Translations under genes and position numbers: made by a program
Assembly (NCBI GenBank): GCA_004375895.1
Contig: SOJW01000035.1
Coordinates: 42,264-106,263, forward strand
Source of the DNA: Candidatus Stahliibacteriota bacterium
GTDB taxonomy: Bacteria; Hydrothermota; Tepidihabitantia; B3-TA06
Direction: 5' to 3'
Length of the DNA: 64,000 nucleotides
The notes under the pieces: model-generated
The model's input: only the letters and a program-made list of their open reading frames with translations
The model's database searches: none
What the model was told of the DNA's origin: nothing
Shown: one piece after another, positions 20,455 to 33,390 of the stretch
Layout: every line of letters begins with the position of its first letter
How positions within the stretch are numbered: the first letter of the stretch is position 1

Positions 20455-21777
20455 ATGGGTAGGAAGTCTTTGTTTGTTCTACTGGCGGCAGCGATGCTTG
20501 CAGTCATCCCTCAGATAATCCATGCAGGCTGGATGCGTACCTACGGTGGCGATGAAGCAGATAGGGGTTATTACGTACAAGAACTAAACGACGGTTCGTT
20601 CGTCGTATTGGGAGAGACGAAATCCTTGGGTGCCGGTGAGACCGATCTTTGGTTGCTCAAGCTCTATATAGATGGTGATACAGCATGGACGCGGATCTAC
20701 GGCGGAGAATCATGGGATCACGGGAGTCGGCTTGAGGTAACCGATGATGAAGGTTATCTGATATTTGGAGGAACTCGATCCTTTGGAGATGGCTCGTGGG
20801 TACTCAAAACGGATAGTATGGGTGATACCTTGTGGACACAGGTTTTAAGTGAAGCAGGTTATACTGAGCAAACCCCGGATGGTGGATATTTGGTAATAGG
20901 TCGAAACGGATTTTACAGACTAGATAGCGCTGGTGAGGTCATTTATTCAAAAGACTACGATGAATACTTCGGAACCTCAGTTATTGCTTGTTCAGGTCCC
21001 ACGAGTGATGGATGTTATATTATTGCAGCTTCAGGTGGTTACTCTGGTAAATGTTTAGCTAAGATCGACGATACAGGTGAGGTCGTTTGGCAGTCTTCTC
21101 AATTCCATCCCCGGCTGAATTTTATCAATTATTTACACGAAGGACACCAGGGTTACGTGTTCGTCGGACCTACCTGGGGACCGGAACTTCCAGATTCTGT
21201 ACAACATTTTGATCTTCGGGCGGCGGAGGTTGATACGGTTTATGGATACGATATATGGTCTATCGAGTATGGATCATCGCCAGCCTGGGAAGATGGATAT
21301 TGTATTAAGCCCACCGCAGACGGAGGATACATAATTGCCGGTGACCACTGGACACTCCTGAAGCTTGACGGCCAAGGGTATGATATTTGGGCACACGAAT
21401 ATGGTGGTGTGCCCCGCTATGTTGAACAGACCTCAGACGGGGGTTACATAGTTGTAGGTGAAAAGGGCGGAGATTTGTTTATTGTTAAGACCGATTCCTT
21501 GGGGAATCTGGGAATCAAAGAGGAAACGGTCATTAATCCACCATTGAGTTTCGAGGTGGTTGCTTCAATCGGTCCGCAAATCGTATTAAGCTACGAGAAC
21601 TACCCTCAGGGCTTTCATGCTTCCATCTTCGACGCAACGGGCCGCAAGGTTGATGAGATAAAATCCCCAGCTCAAAACGGGGTTTTGAGGTGGGGAGAAA
21701 ATCACAGCCTTGGTGTTTACTTCATTGTGCTTACTGACAAAGAGGTGTCAGTCCAGAAGGTTATCCTGATTAAATAA
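20455..21777 (+). CDS. Secreted beta-propeller-like protein with T9SS/FlgD-like C-terminal domain
   Basis: Signal peptide; repeated W.RTYGG / TSDGGYI / KTDS.G units; C-terminal DATGRKV..GVYF. Confidence 0.85.
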   Translation: MGRKSLFVLLAAAMLAVIPQIIHAGWMRTYGGDEADRGYYVQELNDGSFVVLGETKSLGAGETDLWLLKLYIDGDTAWTRIYGGESWDHGSRLEVTDDEGYLIFGGTRSFGDGSWVLKTDSMGDTLWTQVLSEAGYTEQTPDGGYLVIGRNGFYRLDSAGEVIYSKDYDEYFGTSVIACSGPTSDGCYIIAASGGYSGKCLAKIDDTGEVVWQSSQFHPRLNFINYLHEGHQGYVFVGPTWGPELPDSVQHFDLRAAEVDTVYGYDIWSIEYGSSPAWEDGYCIKPTADGGYIIAGDHWTLLKLDGQGYDIWAHEYGGVPRYVEQTSDGGYIVVGEKGGDLFIVKTDSLGNLGIKEETVINPPLSFEVVASIGPQIVLSYENYPQGFHASIFDATGRKVDEIKSPAQNGVLRWGENHSLGVYFIVLTDKEVSVQKVILIK

Positions 21778-21977
21778 TCCCCTTCCCCTAACCCCTCCCA
21801 CCAGGGGAGGGGAATTAGTTAAGCGGCCTTCGGCCGCTCCGGGGTCCCAGCGAAGTCACGAAGTGACTTCGTGGGGTGAACACACGAAAAATCGGACTGA
21901 TTCAACAGCTTGTCATATTGCTAGATTAAGTGAGTGGCGGGATATCCACCGACATGGTGGTACAGGGATTTGAGCCT

Positions 21978-22005
21978 GTAGGAGCGACGCATGCGTCGCC
22001 CCTAC
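21978..22005. repeat. GTAG-family REP palindrome
   Basis: GTAGGAGCGACGCATGCGTCGCCCCTAC. Confidence 0.8.
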
Positions 22006-22225
22006 GTCTATGCCGTATTCTTGGAGTATCTCGGCAGGATCTCGACGTGGTTCAGCGTAGGGGCCGACGTTCGCGGCCTTTGGCCACGCGCTTCGGGCTT
22101 GAGACTTGCCACTATCTGCATATACTGAACTCCGTTTCTTTGTTTCATGGGTGCATTCTCCCCGATGGGGCAATGAGTTGTCTTGACATTAGGTGGTAGT
22201 TTCTTATAATCTTAACTAAACCTTT

Positions 22226-22296
22226 TGGGGGATCGTCTAATGGCAGGACGGCTGACTCTGGATCAGTTAATCGGGGTTCGAGTCCCTGTCCCCCAG
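22226..22296 (+). tRNA. tRNA-Gln (CTG)
   Basis: TGGGGGA/TCCCCCA acceptor stem, anticodon loop CTCTGGA, GGTTCGAGTCC; upstream TTGACA/TATAAT. Confidence 0.96.
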
Positions 22297-22304
22297 GTTT
22301 TATG

Positions 22305-22335
22305 CCCCACAGTTAAGACTGTGGGGTTTCCTTTT
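22305..22335 (+). terminator. Intrinsic terminator after tRNA-Gln
   Basis: CCCCACAGT/ACTGTGGGG stem followed by T-rich run. Confidence 0.7.
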
Positions 22336-22426
22336 CCGTAGTACTTTCCCGATTAGCTGATCCAGTTTAATATAAAAAGTTAATCGGAGGCTCGACCGTA
22401 AGGAGAGCGACCGAAGAGAGCTCCCA

Positions 22427-22446
22427 TCCCTGTCCCCCAGGTTTTA
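22427..22446 (+). repeat. 20-bp direct repeat of the tRNA-Gln 3' end (att-like)
   Basis: TCCCTGTCCCCCAGGTTTTA identical to 22283..22302. Confidence 0.85.
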
Positions 22447-22700
22447 CCCCACGAAGGTACTGCGTCCCTTCGTGGGGACCCCGAATAAATGCTCCTTTTG
22501 CCCGTAGGGCAAAGGAGCATGGGCAGGAAAGAGGACGGTCGTGTACCCGACTGGGACTAGGCATTCTTTTGAGGGCCGCGGTAGAATTACCTGATTTTTA
22601 ATGCCTATCCCCATTAGAACTTTACATTTTAGCTTGTCTTTCTGTTATATGGTTAATAAAAAAGAAAAGACGATGGTGCTACCATCGCCTTTTCGCCGAT

Positions 22701-22775
22701 CTAAGTCCCAAACGATCTACTGCACAATATTGTAGGGGAAAAGCACTCCGCTGAACTCGTAGGAGCCTTCTTCAT
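22701..22775 (-). CDS. Possible 24-aa peptide (MKKAPTSSAECFSPTILCSRSFGT)
   Basis: TAAGGAG RBS, upstream TTGACA, downstream hairpin plus T-tract. Confidence 0.45.
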   Translation of the reverse strand: MKKAPTSSAECFSPTILCSRSFGT

Positions 22776-22984
22776 TTTTTCTCCTTATTGAGGGTTTAAT
22801 CCTATTTCCTTCTTGAGTCCTGGATTGTCAAGCCATTCGGCGTGAGCGGACTCTTTGAGAGCGCGCGGGAATCCCTGTAAGTGACGTCAGATCAATAGAT
22901 AATCACAAAATTTGTGCCGATATACTGGTTTAGTTTCCCCTCCTCCTCGCAAGAGAAAGGCCTAAGCTTGATTGTGCTTGAACG

Positions 22985-24565
22985 CTACCAGTTACGCAAA
23001 GCGATCAGCCGCAGCTCCGAGAGCTCAAGTTCATCCCTTGGCAGCGGCAACGACTCCAGCATCGCGCGTGCATCGTCGGTTCCAAGCAATACCAGAAGCT
23101 GCAACCGCTCCTGGGTCAAATCGCCGTTCCACCCTGAAAGCGACTCCTTCTTTGCGGTAAGTATCTGGGCCACTTCAAGCATCTCAGGGGAAGGATTTTC
23201 CTTGTTAAGTCCAGCAAGAGTTGCTTCAGGATCAGCCCCGAGCTTTGCCGCCACCACATAACCCCAGCGTCTCACATCCGGATGTGCGTCCGCAAACCGG
23301 CGCCGGATCAAAGGGAGTGCTTTGGACACACCGATCAGACCCAATGCCTGCACCCCGGCCAACCGAATGCTCCAGAACTTGTGGGCAAGTACGCCTCTCA
23401 GAGCATCTATGGATGAGACGTCGCGCAGCCATCCGATTGAGGTAACCGCTTCTTGCTGCACCTCCCATGAGACGTCGTTGAGTCGCGAGCGCAGTGCGGA
23501 AGCCGCAGTAGGATCGCCGATAGCCCCAAGGGCAAACGCAACCTGCTCCCTCACCGGTGGTTCCGGGTCGGACATTAACTCGATCAGAGGCTCTAGCGCC
23601 TTCCTGCTTCCCAGAAGCCCAAGGGCGTGTGCCGCAGCCATCACGCAAAGATCGTTCTCATCCTCAAGCCCTGAGATCAGCACGTCCTCAGACTGGATAT
23701 CTCCAATACGGCCGAGTGCCTCGGAAACTGCTTGCCTTACCTCAGGTTTTTTGTCTGAGGCCTTGGTCACAAGCGGCTTCAACGCGCGTTTATCTTTAAG
23801 CATTCCCAACGACAACGCCGCCTTGGCACGAACGGCCCACCGGGAATCATCCAAGAGCTTTAACAAGGTCTCTACAGCGGTGGTGTCGCCTATTCGACCG
23901 AGTGCCTGTGCTATGAGGTGGCGGTCAGGAACGGCAGGGTCAGTCGCGGCTTGGGCGAGAACCCCGGTGGCCCTGTGGTCGGCGATCTTCGCCAGTGCAG
24001 CGAGTGTCCTGTTGCGTTCTGAGCCTGAAAGCGAAGCAACGCGCTTAAGGAAGATAGGAACCGCCTCCTTTGATTCGAGCTTACCCAAAGCCTCGGTCGC
24101 GTTCTCGCGGACGCGGCGGTCGACATCCTCAAGGGCCTTCAGTAACGCGCCAATCGCCCGCGCGTCTGCAATCTCCCCCAGCGCCCAGGCGGCGTTGGTT
24201 CGTACCGGTGCCGCACGATCAGAGAGCGCATCAATCAGAGGCGTCAGCGCCGAGGTGTCCCCCAACAGCCCCAATGACCATGCAGTCTCGTACCGCACCC
24301 CAATAGAGGGTGACTTTAGCGCAGCGATAAGGGCAGGTATGGCTCCAGGGTCATCCAGATACCCAAGGGCTTCGGCAGCAAACATACGCGTCTGCTCGGA
24401 AGGGCATCCCAGCGCCTTGCGCATAAGCGTGATAGTTCCATCATGATCCACCTCGGCAAGAGAGTCTATGTAGTCGCGACGATCTTCTATGGAACGAAAC
24501 GCCATTGCATCAAGCGCTCCGCAGTCAAGCGGAGCACTGAAAAGTAGAAACCAAACAAACATCAC
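22985..24565 (-). CDS. HEAT/PBS-lyase repeat protein, probably exported
   Basis: More than ten VR..AA.ALG.IGD repeats; short hydrophobic N-terminus. Confidence 0.9.
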   Translation of the reverse strand: MMFVWFLLFSAPLDCGALDAMAFRSIEDRRDYIDSLAEVDHDGTITLMRKALGCPSEQTRMFAAEALGYLDDPGAIPALIAALKSPSIGVRYETAWSLGLLGDTSALTPLIDALSDRAAPVRTNAAWALGEIADARAIGALLKALEDVDRRVRENATEALGKLESKEAVPIFLKRVASLSGSERNRTLAALAKIADHRATGVLAQAATDPAVPDRHLIAQALGRIGDTTAVETLLKLLDDSRWAVRAKAALSLGMLKDKRALKPLVTKASDKKPEVRQAVSEALGRIGDIQSEDVLISGLEDENDLCVMAAAHALGLLGSRKALEPLIELMSDPEPPVREQVAFALGAIGDPTAASALRSRLNDVSWEVQQEAVTSIGWLRDVSSIDALRGVLAHKFWSIRLAGVQALGLIGVSKALPLIRRRFADAHPDVRRWGYVVAAKLGADPEATLAGLNKENPSPEMLEVAQILTAKKESLSGWNGDLTQERLQLLVLLGTDDARAMLESLPLPRDELELSELRLIALRNW

Positions 24566-24900
24566 ACTCCTCCTATTGCCTTTAATCCAGATACATATTT
24601 TACACGCTCATGCGGATTTGTCAACTGGACAGGTCTGTGCGCCAAGGGATAGTTACCAGGGTAAGCAGAGGATGGTGAGGGTTCTTAAGAGAGATTTGAT
24701 CCCCCAGCAAGCGTGATAAACATAATTTATTAAGGGAGATTCGCCGACTATTCACCCCGATCTTTCCTCCGAAGGAGAAAAGGGGAGCTTCCTTCTACTC
24801 TTTACATGATTGACTTACTCCCTTGCTTCCTTATAATCCCATTTGTGGAAGCAGCACAACCCGAGCACCTGAACTTTCCCTCCCCCGGAAGGGGTAAAGC

Positions 24901-25533
24901 ATGAAACGCCTCCTGGACATCATGGTTTCGTTTATCGGACTCTGGCTTCTCGCACTTATTACCCCTTTTGTAGCGCTTGCCATAACGCTTGACTCCAAGG
25001 GTCCGATTTTCTACCGTGGTGTCCGGGTGGGTAGGAACGGAAAGCTATTCAAGATCTTCAAGTTCCGCACCATGATAGACGGTGCCGATCGCTGTGGCCC
25101 CAAGCTCACCTATCGCAACGACCCTCGAATCACTGGTATAGGAGCAATCCTGCGCCGCCTTAAGATAGACGAACTGCCTCAGCTCATCAACGTATTCCTG
25201 GGGCAGATGAGTACGGTAGGCCCGAGGCCGGAAGACCCGCAGTACGTCTCTCACTACACCAAGGGTCAACGCGCGATTCTCTCGGTCAAGCCAGGGATAA
25301 CCGGACCGGCACAGATACACTACGTGGACATCGAAAGCCACATGGACCCTTCGAAGTTCGACGAACAGTACATCGACGAGATTATCCCAGAGAAGTTCCG
25401 GTTCAATATACTGTACATACAAAACCGCTCGCTGTCGCTTGATCTAAAGATCCTCTGGCGCACGTTCCTCTCGCTATTCCGCAGCGAGATCAATAGGGTA
25501 AGAAACAACAACAAAAACCACCCCAGCGACTAA
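24901..25533 (+). CDS. Bacterial sugar transferase (polyprenyl phosphoglycosyltransferase family)
   Basis: KRLLDI, KFRTM, DELPQL.NV..G.MS.VGPRP, KPGITG. Confidence 0.93.
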   Translation: MKRLLDIMVSFIGLWLLALITPFVALAITLDSKGPIFYRGVRVGRNGKLFKIFKFRTMIDGADRCGPKLTYRNDPRITGIGAILRRLKIDELPQLINVFLGQMSTVGPRPEDPQYVSHYTKGQRAILSVKPGITGPAQIHYVDIESHMDPSKFDEQYIDEIIPEKFRFNILYIQNRSLSLDLKILWRTFLSLFRSEINRVRNNNKNHPSD

Positions 25534-25673
25534 CACTCCCCAACAATCAAACTAATCGCCCTCTAGACCCTGCCCAACTCCCAAGCCACCTTTATTCGGA
25601 GAACTAAGATCAATCCGAAGACCTTGATCCGGATCGATCTTGATTCATCCCGCAGTATCTTCAACCGAGATCG

Positions 25674-26110
25674 TCACCTGTCGGCGGGCTCGATCCGGTA
25701 GCTGGTTTCGATATCTACAGTTTGCCTTAGCATGGCCGAGACCGAACAGTAGCGCTCCTGTGAAAGCTCAATCGCGCGTTCCAACTTGGCTGGCTCCACA
25801 TCACCCTTGACAATACAGATCATTCTGATCCTGGTGTAGACCTTGGGGTGCTCAGGCGAACGCTCTCCCTCGAGTTCGATGCGGAAGTCCTCTACAGGCT
25901 GGTCCATCTTTTTAAGGATGGATAGGACGTCCATCGCGGTGCACCCGCCTAAGGACATCAACAAAAGCTCCGTAGGAGAGGGAGCACCCTCGTTGCCGCC
26001 GACGCTTGCTTTAGTGTCTATCACCGTCCAATGACCTGAGTTTGCCTTAGCGGCAACAGTCAGCCCTTTAAGTCGTTCAACAACCACACGGGTTTTGGCA
26101 ACTTCGGCCA

Positions 26111-26111
<1 letters not shown>
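25674..26111 (-). CDS. OsmC family protein
   Basis: PTELLL.SLGGCTAMDV and YCSVS. Confidence 0.92.
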
Positions 26112-28554
<2,443 letters not shown>

Positions 28555-28766
28555 CTACGTCCTCCTTTCGTATGAGGATTCAAAATATTTGACCAAAAGT
28601 ATACCTCTGGGAGCTCGCAAGTCAACGGGGAACAGTCTGTGGATTGGGAAATCCGGGGTGAATTTTGCCCCCCTTCCCTTTATCCCCTACCCGACGGGGG
28701 AGTGGAATATATGTGGTAAGCTCCGACTTGACACCCACCAACCTAGCCATATTATCTGAGGAAACT

Positions 28767-29270
28767 ATGGAAACGAGTAAATATCAGAAATACATCAACC
28801 GCGCCCTGCGGCTGGGGGCAAAGGAAGCAAAGATCATCCCGGCGGACACCATCGTCACCGCCCAATGGGTCAGGGAGAAGTGTCAGTTTGGATGCGGAGG
28901 CTACGGCAGGAGCCTGACCTGTCCGCCCAACTCACCTACACCGGAACAAACCAGCCAGATGCTCACCCATTACAAACATGCCCTCCTGATCCACGGAGAT
29001 ATGAATACCCCTATAAACAAAATCGTTGTCAGGCTGGAAAAGAAGATATTCCTGGACGGATACGAGAAGGCATTCGGGATGGGCGGCGGCCCCTGTTCCC
29101 TCTGTGAGGAGTGCGTGGAGCAGTGCCGTTATCCGGACCAAGCAAGACCCTCCATGGAGGCTTGCGGGATTGACGTTTACTCCACCGTACGCGCCCACGG
29201 CCTTCCCATCGAAGTGCTGAAGAACGAAAACTGCAAACCCAACTATTACGGACTGGTACTGATCGAGTGA
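28767..29270 (+). CDS. DUF2284-like Cys-rich metal-binding protein
   Basis: KCQFGC..YG...TCPP, GPCSLCEEC, RPSMEACGIDV. Confidence 0.85.
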   Translation: METSKYQKYINRALRLGAKEAKIIPADTIVTAQWVREKCQFGCGGYGRSLTCPPNSPTPEQTSQMLTHYKHALLIHGDMNTPINKIVVRLEKKIFLDGYEKAFGMGGGPCSLCEECVEQCRYPDQARPSMEACGIDVYSTVRAHGLPIEVLKNENCKPNYYGLVLIE

Positions 29271-29296
29271 CAGCGGTCACTACATAAGCAGCCGTA

Positions 29297-30091
29297 ATGG
29301 GCATCTCTATCTATCAGGTAGATTCATTCACCCAAGATGCGTTCAAGGGCAACCCTGCAGGGGTATGTATATTGGACGCCCCTGCCGATGAGACATGGAT
29401 GCAGATGGTTGCGCGGGAGATGAATCTTTCCGAGACGGCCTTTCTTTATAAGACCGACGACGGTTTCAACCTTCGCTGGTTCACCCACGTGCTTGAGGTG
29501 GACCTGTGTGGTCACGCCACACTGGCCAGTGCCCATGTTTTATTTGAGGAAGGATATCTTAAGCCTCACGAGCAGGCGCGGTTTTACACCAAGAGCGGAT
29601 TGTTAAAGGCAGAACGAAAGGGGGAATGGATCGAGCTTGATTTCCCTGCCGAGCCCGAGACGTCAGCGGACGCCTCTCCTGAGCTTGTCGAAGCGCTTGG
29701 AGTTAAACCTTTATACGTGGGGAAGAACCGGTTCGCCTACCTGGTCCAGGTGGATTCGGAAGAAAAGGTAAGGATGATGAAACCTGACTTTGCGTTGCTT
29801 GCCAAGATTCCAGGATTGGGGGTGATAGTAACCACTCCTTCCGGTTCTCTGGAGTTCGACTTCATCTCCCGATTCTTTGCCCCTGGCGCAGGGATAGATG
29901 AGGACCCGGTAACCGGCTCGGCCCACTGCTGCCTTGGTCCTTTCTGGGGCGAGCGGATGGGTAAAACCGAGCTGGTAGGCTATCAGGCTTCAACTCGCGG
30001 AGGGGTGGTCAGGGTTCGCCTGGCAGGTGATAGGGTCTTTCTAGGTGGCAAGGCTGTTACAGTATTTCGGGGTGAGCTTCTCTCTGTTTAG
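29297..30091 (+). CDS. PhzF family isomerase
   Basis: QVDSF...FKGNPAGV, NLSETAF, EVDLCGHATLA, EDPVTGSAHC. Confidence 0.95.
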   Translation: MGISIYQVDSFTQDAFKGNPAGVCILDAPADETWMQMVAREMNLSETAFLYKTDDGFNLRWFTHVLEVDLCGHATLASAHVLFEEGYLKPHEQARFYTKSGLLKAERKGEWIELDFPAEPETSADASPELVEALGVKPLYVGKNRFAYLVQVDSEEKVRMMKPDFALLAKIPGLGVIVTTPSGSLEFDFISRFFAPGAGIDEDPVTGSAHCCLGPFWGERMGKTELVGYQASTRGGVVRVRLAGDRVFLGGKAVTVFRGELLSV

Positions 30092-30104
30092 AGCAAGGCC
30101 TGTC

Positions 30105-30560
30105 CTAAAACTCCTTCTGCATCTTACGCATGACCGTGCGATAGCCCAGGGATTCGTAAAGCTCAAGTCCCCTCCTGTTATCCTCGGCAACGGCAAGCTG
30201 GATGACGCTCATTCCCTTGGAACGTGACCAGTCCTCGACGGCATCGATGAGCGCCCTGGCTATCCCTTTCTTCCGCCATAAGGGATCAACGCCCAGAAGG
30301 TCGAAGCTCGCATAAGGACCTTTAACGCAGTCGTCCGAGGAGTGCTCGATCTCGGCATAGGCGAAGCCGACGATTTGAGATCGAGCCTCAGCAACTATCA
30401 AGGCCGCGTCTTCGCTGTGGAGCGCACCCAGAAAGAAACGTTCCCAGAACCCAACCGATCCGGACTCCCCAGACTCTCGGAGTGGATTGACCTGGACGCA
30501 GAGTCTGGCTGCGGCCTGGGTATCTGATTCAGCGGCGGGGCGGATGATCCAGCGACTCAT
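30105..30560 (-). CDS. GNAT acetyltransferase
   Basis: VDPLWRKKGIARAL motif A; N...LYESLGY. Confidence 0.9.
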   Translation of the reverse strand: MSRWIIRPAAESDTQAAARLCVQVNPLRESGESGSVGFWERFFLGALHSEDAALIVAEARSQIVGFAYAEIEHSSDDCVKGPYASFDLLGVDPLWRKKGIARALIDAVEDWSRSKGMSVIQLAVAEDNRRGLELYESLGYRTVMRKMQKEF

Positions 30561-31107
30561 TCTTCCATTTCTGCCAAAAACGCCATATCTCAGGCCGTTC
30601 CAGGAGCCGGGAAAGCTCCTTTATACGCGGATCAAGGTAGTCGAAATCAAGCCTTGATCCTTGCCTTGAAAGAATGGCTCTCACGTCGTCTGCATCCCTC
30701 TGTCTTTCTGATACTATCTTGGTGATAATAAGGTCTTCAGGCCTCGCAAACCTAACAGGCGTACCATGAATCTCAACGTCCACCGCTCGTTCGATGGCTT
30801 CCTTCTCAAAAGGCAGACTGCCGAAGATAAGATCTATACGTACGCCGCCTCTGGCCTGCATGGGTAAAACCGAAGTCTTTTTAACAAAATCTGCTGGATC
30901 AGAAATCAAAGGACTGCAGAGGTTACCCAGAAGCGAGACAATACGCGGCACCTGGGATACTGGAACCCGGATAGTTACGTCTATGTCCAGGGTAGCGCGC
31001 GGCTCACCCCACACCGCGTTGGCTATGCCGCCTATAATCATGTAAGGGATGCCACTCTCTTGCAGGAGTTGAGCGAGCCTGACCAGCGTTTCCTCAAGAG
31101 AACTCAT
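30529..31107 (-). CDS. Nucleotidyltransferase-fold protein (putative toxin)
   Basis: IIGGIA...WGEPRAT.DID, EDLII.K, R.RD.DD. Confidence 0.8.
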   Translation of the reverse strand: MSSLEETLVRLAQLLQESGIPYMIIGGIANAVWGEPRATLDIDVTIRVPVSQVPRIVSLLGNLCSPLISDPADFVKKTSVLPMQARGGVRIDLIFGSLPFEKEAIERAVDVEIHGTPVRFARPEDLIITKIVSERQRDADDVRAILSRQGSRLDFDYLDPRIKELSRLLERPEIWRFWQKWKNESLDHPPRR

Positions 31108-31355
31108 TATCTCGAACCTTTAAGAACCGCGAGTGCTGTGCGCATAGCGATGATACCCTTGAGTTTGGAGTCGAAGTCCCTTTTACGAGCCTGGAGCGGT
31201 ATAAGGTCGTAAAGCGCTCCGATAGCGGCCAACGCCTGGGCAGGAGACATTTCCACGGGATGTTCTGTCTCCCATTCGGCGAAGCGTTTTAGTCCAGCGG
31301 CCCGCTCAAGCAAACGGCGCTTGTATTCCTTTGCGTCGAGGTTAGATACGGCCAT
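31107..31355 (-). CDS. Small partner protein of the nucleotidyltransferase (putative antitoxin)
   Basis: 82 aa, TAATG stop/start overlap with the NTase, own promoter. Confidence 0.65.
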   Translation of the reverse strand: MAVSNLDAKEYKRRLLERAAGLKRFAEWETEHPVEMSPAQALAAIGALYDLIPLQARKRDFDSKLKGIIAMRTALAVLKGSR

Positions 31356-31651
31356 AGACTAACTATGCGGGGATTCAGCCGCTTGTCAAGCAGATTTATG
31401 GAGTGCAATGACCGTGTCATTGCGAAACTGCAACAAGACGCTTGTTGTGATCTGAAAAGGTCGAACCCGCAGGGTTCGCAATTGTTGAACGGACTAGAGA
31501 AAACGCGCAGACACGAGTGTCTTCGCTACATGCGTTGTTTATGAAAAGTCCCAGTCTGTGCAAACGGCCGTCCGAGGTCGTCTTACACCCCCTCTTTTAT
31601 TCTCCCCCATCAAGGGGGAGAAAATTAGATGCGAAGTTTCTTATGCGGTGC

Positions 31652-33031
31652 TTATGACAAATCAAACAGATATAGCTTTTCTTCGGTCATCTCACGGATA
31701 GCGTATGCCGGACCCTCGCGGCCTAACCCGGAGCCCTTCATCCCGCCGTAGGGCATAAGGTCAACCCGGAAGGTAGGAATCTCGTTGACCAGCACCCCGC
31801 CGGCGTCTATACCGTCGCAGGCGCGAAACGCCCTCTTTAGGTCGCGGGTGAAGACAGCACCCTGCAGCCCGTAGCAGGTGGCGTTGACCCGCTCGATTGC
31901 ATCCTCGAGGTCCTTGACTGGGTTGACGACAACCACCGGAGCAAAGGCTTCCATCTTGATGAGCTTGGCGTCCTCAGGGACTTTGGCGAGTATCCAAGGA
32001 CCGAGAACCGACCCCTCGCGCTTGCCTTCCAGTACGACTTCAGAGCCTCGAGATTTGGCCTCATCTATCCATGAAAGGATTCGATCGACCTCTTTTTTTT
32101 CGATCATGGGACCTAGTTCTGTCGACTCATCCAAAGGATCACCGGTCTTCAAAGTAGATACCTCGGACACCAGAAGGTCGAGGAATGGCTGGTAGACTTC
32201 CTCTTCCACGTAGACTCTTTGGGTTGAGATGCATACCTGGCCGGCAAGGGAGTAGCCACCGATGCGTATACGCTTGGCTGCGCGCTCGAGGTCACCATCT
32301 TCAAGGATCACCACCGCGGAGTTTGAGCCTAGCTCTAATGCGATCTTCTTGAGACCAACGTGACGGGTGATCTCCTCTCCTACCGCCTTGGAGCCGGTAA
32401 AGGTCACCATGCGGGGAACAGGTGAAGTGACTAATGCGTTGCCCACGGTTGAGCCTGGGCCGATCACCACCTGCAAAGCTTCTTTTGGGACTCCAGCTTC
32501 ATGGAGAGCTTCGACTAGCTTGATGCCGGAGAGCGGGGTAACCGATGCAGGCTTTAGCAGCGCGCTGCACCCGGCGGCCAATGCTGGACCCAGCTTGTGG
32601 GCGACGAGGTTTAAGGGAAAGTTGAAGGGCGTGATCGCTGCCACCACCCCGCACGGGACCCTGCGGTAGAAACCCTGCTTATTGGGATGATTGGCTGAAG
32701 AGAATGGAACCTCCTCGCCTGCCAGTTTCATCGCTTCGATTGCAGAGAGCCGGAGGGTATTAACGCATCTTGCCGCCTCCCCGGAGGCCTCACGCCACGT
32801 CTTGCCTACCTCGAGAACTAAGGTGCGGGCAAACTCCTCGGATCGCTCTTTTACGATGTCTGCAGCTTTGTTGAGTATCTCGGCCCGGCGCTGTTGAGTG
32901 ATGTCCCGCATCTTTACCAGGCCGCTTTGTGTTAAGGAGAGTTTTGCAGCGACAGAAGATTCACTATCCTGCTCCAGCTCGGCGATTACGGAATTGTTAT
33001 ATGGGTTAAATACCTTTAACTTCTCAGGCAT
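31652..33031 (-). CDS. Aldehyde dehydrogenase family protein
   Basis: ITPFNFP, FTGS, LELGSN, GQVCIS, EAFAP, PYGGMKGSG.GREG. Confidence 0.95.
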   Translation of the reverse strand: MPEKLKVFNPYNNSVIAELEQDSESSVAAKLSLTQSGLVKMRDITQQRRAEILNKAADIVKERSEEFARTLVLEVGKTWREASGEAARCVNTLRLSAIEAMKLAGEEVPFSSANHPNKQGFYRRVPCGVVAAITPFNFPLNLVAHKLGPALAAGCSALLKPASVTPLSGIKLVEALHEAGVPKEALQVVIGPGSTVGNALVTSPVPRMVTFTGSKAVGEEITRHVGLKKIALELGSNSAVVILEDGDLERAAKRIRIGGYSLAGQVCISTQRVYVEEEVYQPFLDLLVSEVSTLKTGDPLDESTELGPMIEKKEVDRILSWIDEAKSRGSEVVLEGKREGSVLGPWILAKVPEDAKLIKMEAFAPVVVVNPVKDLEDAIERVNATCYGLQGAVFTRDLKRAFRACDGIDAGGVLVNEIPTFRVDLMPYGGMKGSGLGREGPAYAIREMTEEKLYLFDLS

Positions 33032-33094
33032 GATTCTCCTCCTAAATCATTTCTGAAGAGTATATAGTCGCTCTCATAGGTGTCAAGAAGAAAT

Positions 33095-33390
33095 CACCCC
33101 CACCCTACCCTCCCCCGTTAAGGGGAAGGATACACCTTTTTCCCCTCCTCGGGTTTGGAGTGCAACAACCGCGTTGTTGCAGCAACGAGACGCTCGTTGC
33201 ACTCCATATTCTCATCTCAAAGCATAAAATAATATAGACCAGTCTGAGACTGGTCTATAATCTCTTTTCTCCGATCTTTTGCCGTTTGCGGCAAAGGGAG
33301 GATATAGGGGGCCCCCAAGGTTTTACGAGGTAAAATCTTGGGGTGTAAATTCGGGGTCCCCGCGAGGGTATGAAGTAACCTCGTGGGGTG
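33095..33390. repeat. Intergenic cluster of REP-like elements
   Basis: Cloverleaf 33156-33206, TATAGACCAGTC hairpin, two GGGG(T/G)CCCC..TGGGGTG elements. Confidence 0.8.

Noticed and set aside
21913..22199. Short ORFs on both strands
   Set aside because: Overlap REP palindromes (VGATHASPL is a translated repeat); no RBS
23322..24446. 374-aa plus-strand ORF
   Set aside because: Antisense shadow of the HEAT-repeat gene
28555..28630. SAM riboswitch upstream of metK
   Set aside because: TTGACT-17-TATACT promoter leaves only a short leader with no aptamer motifs
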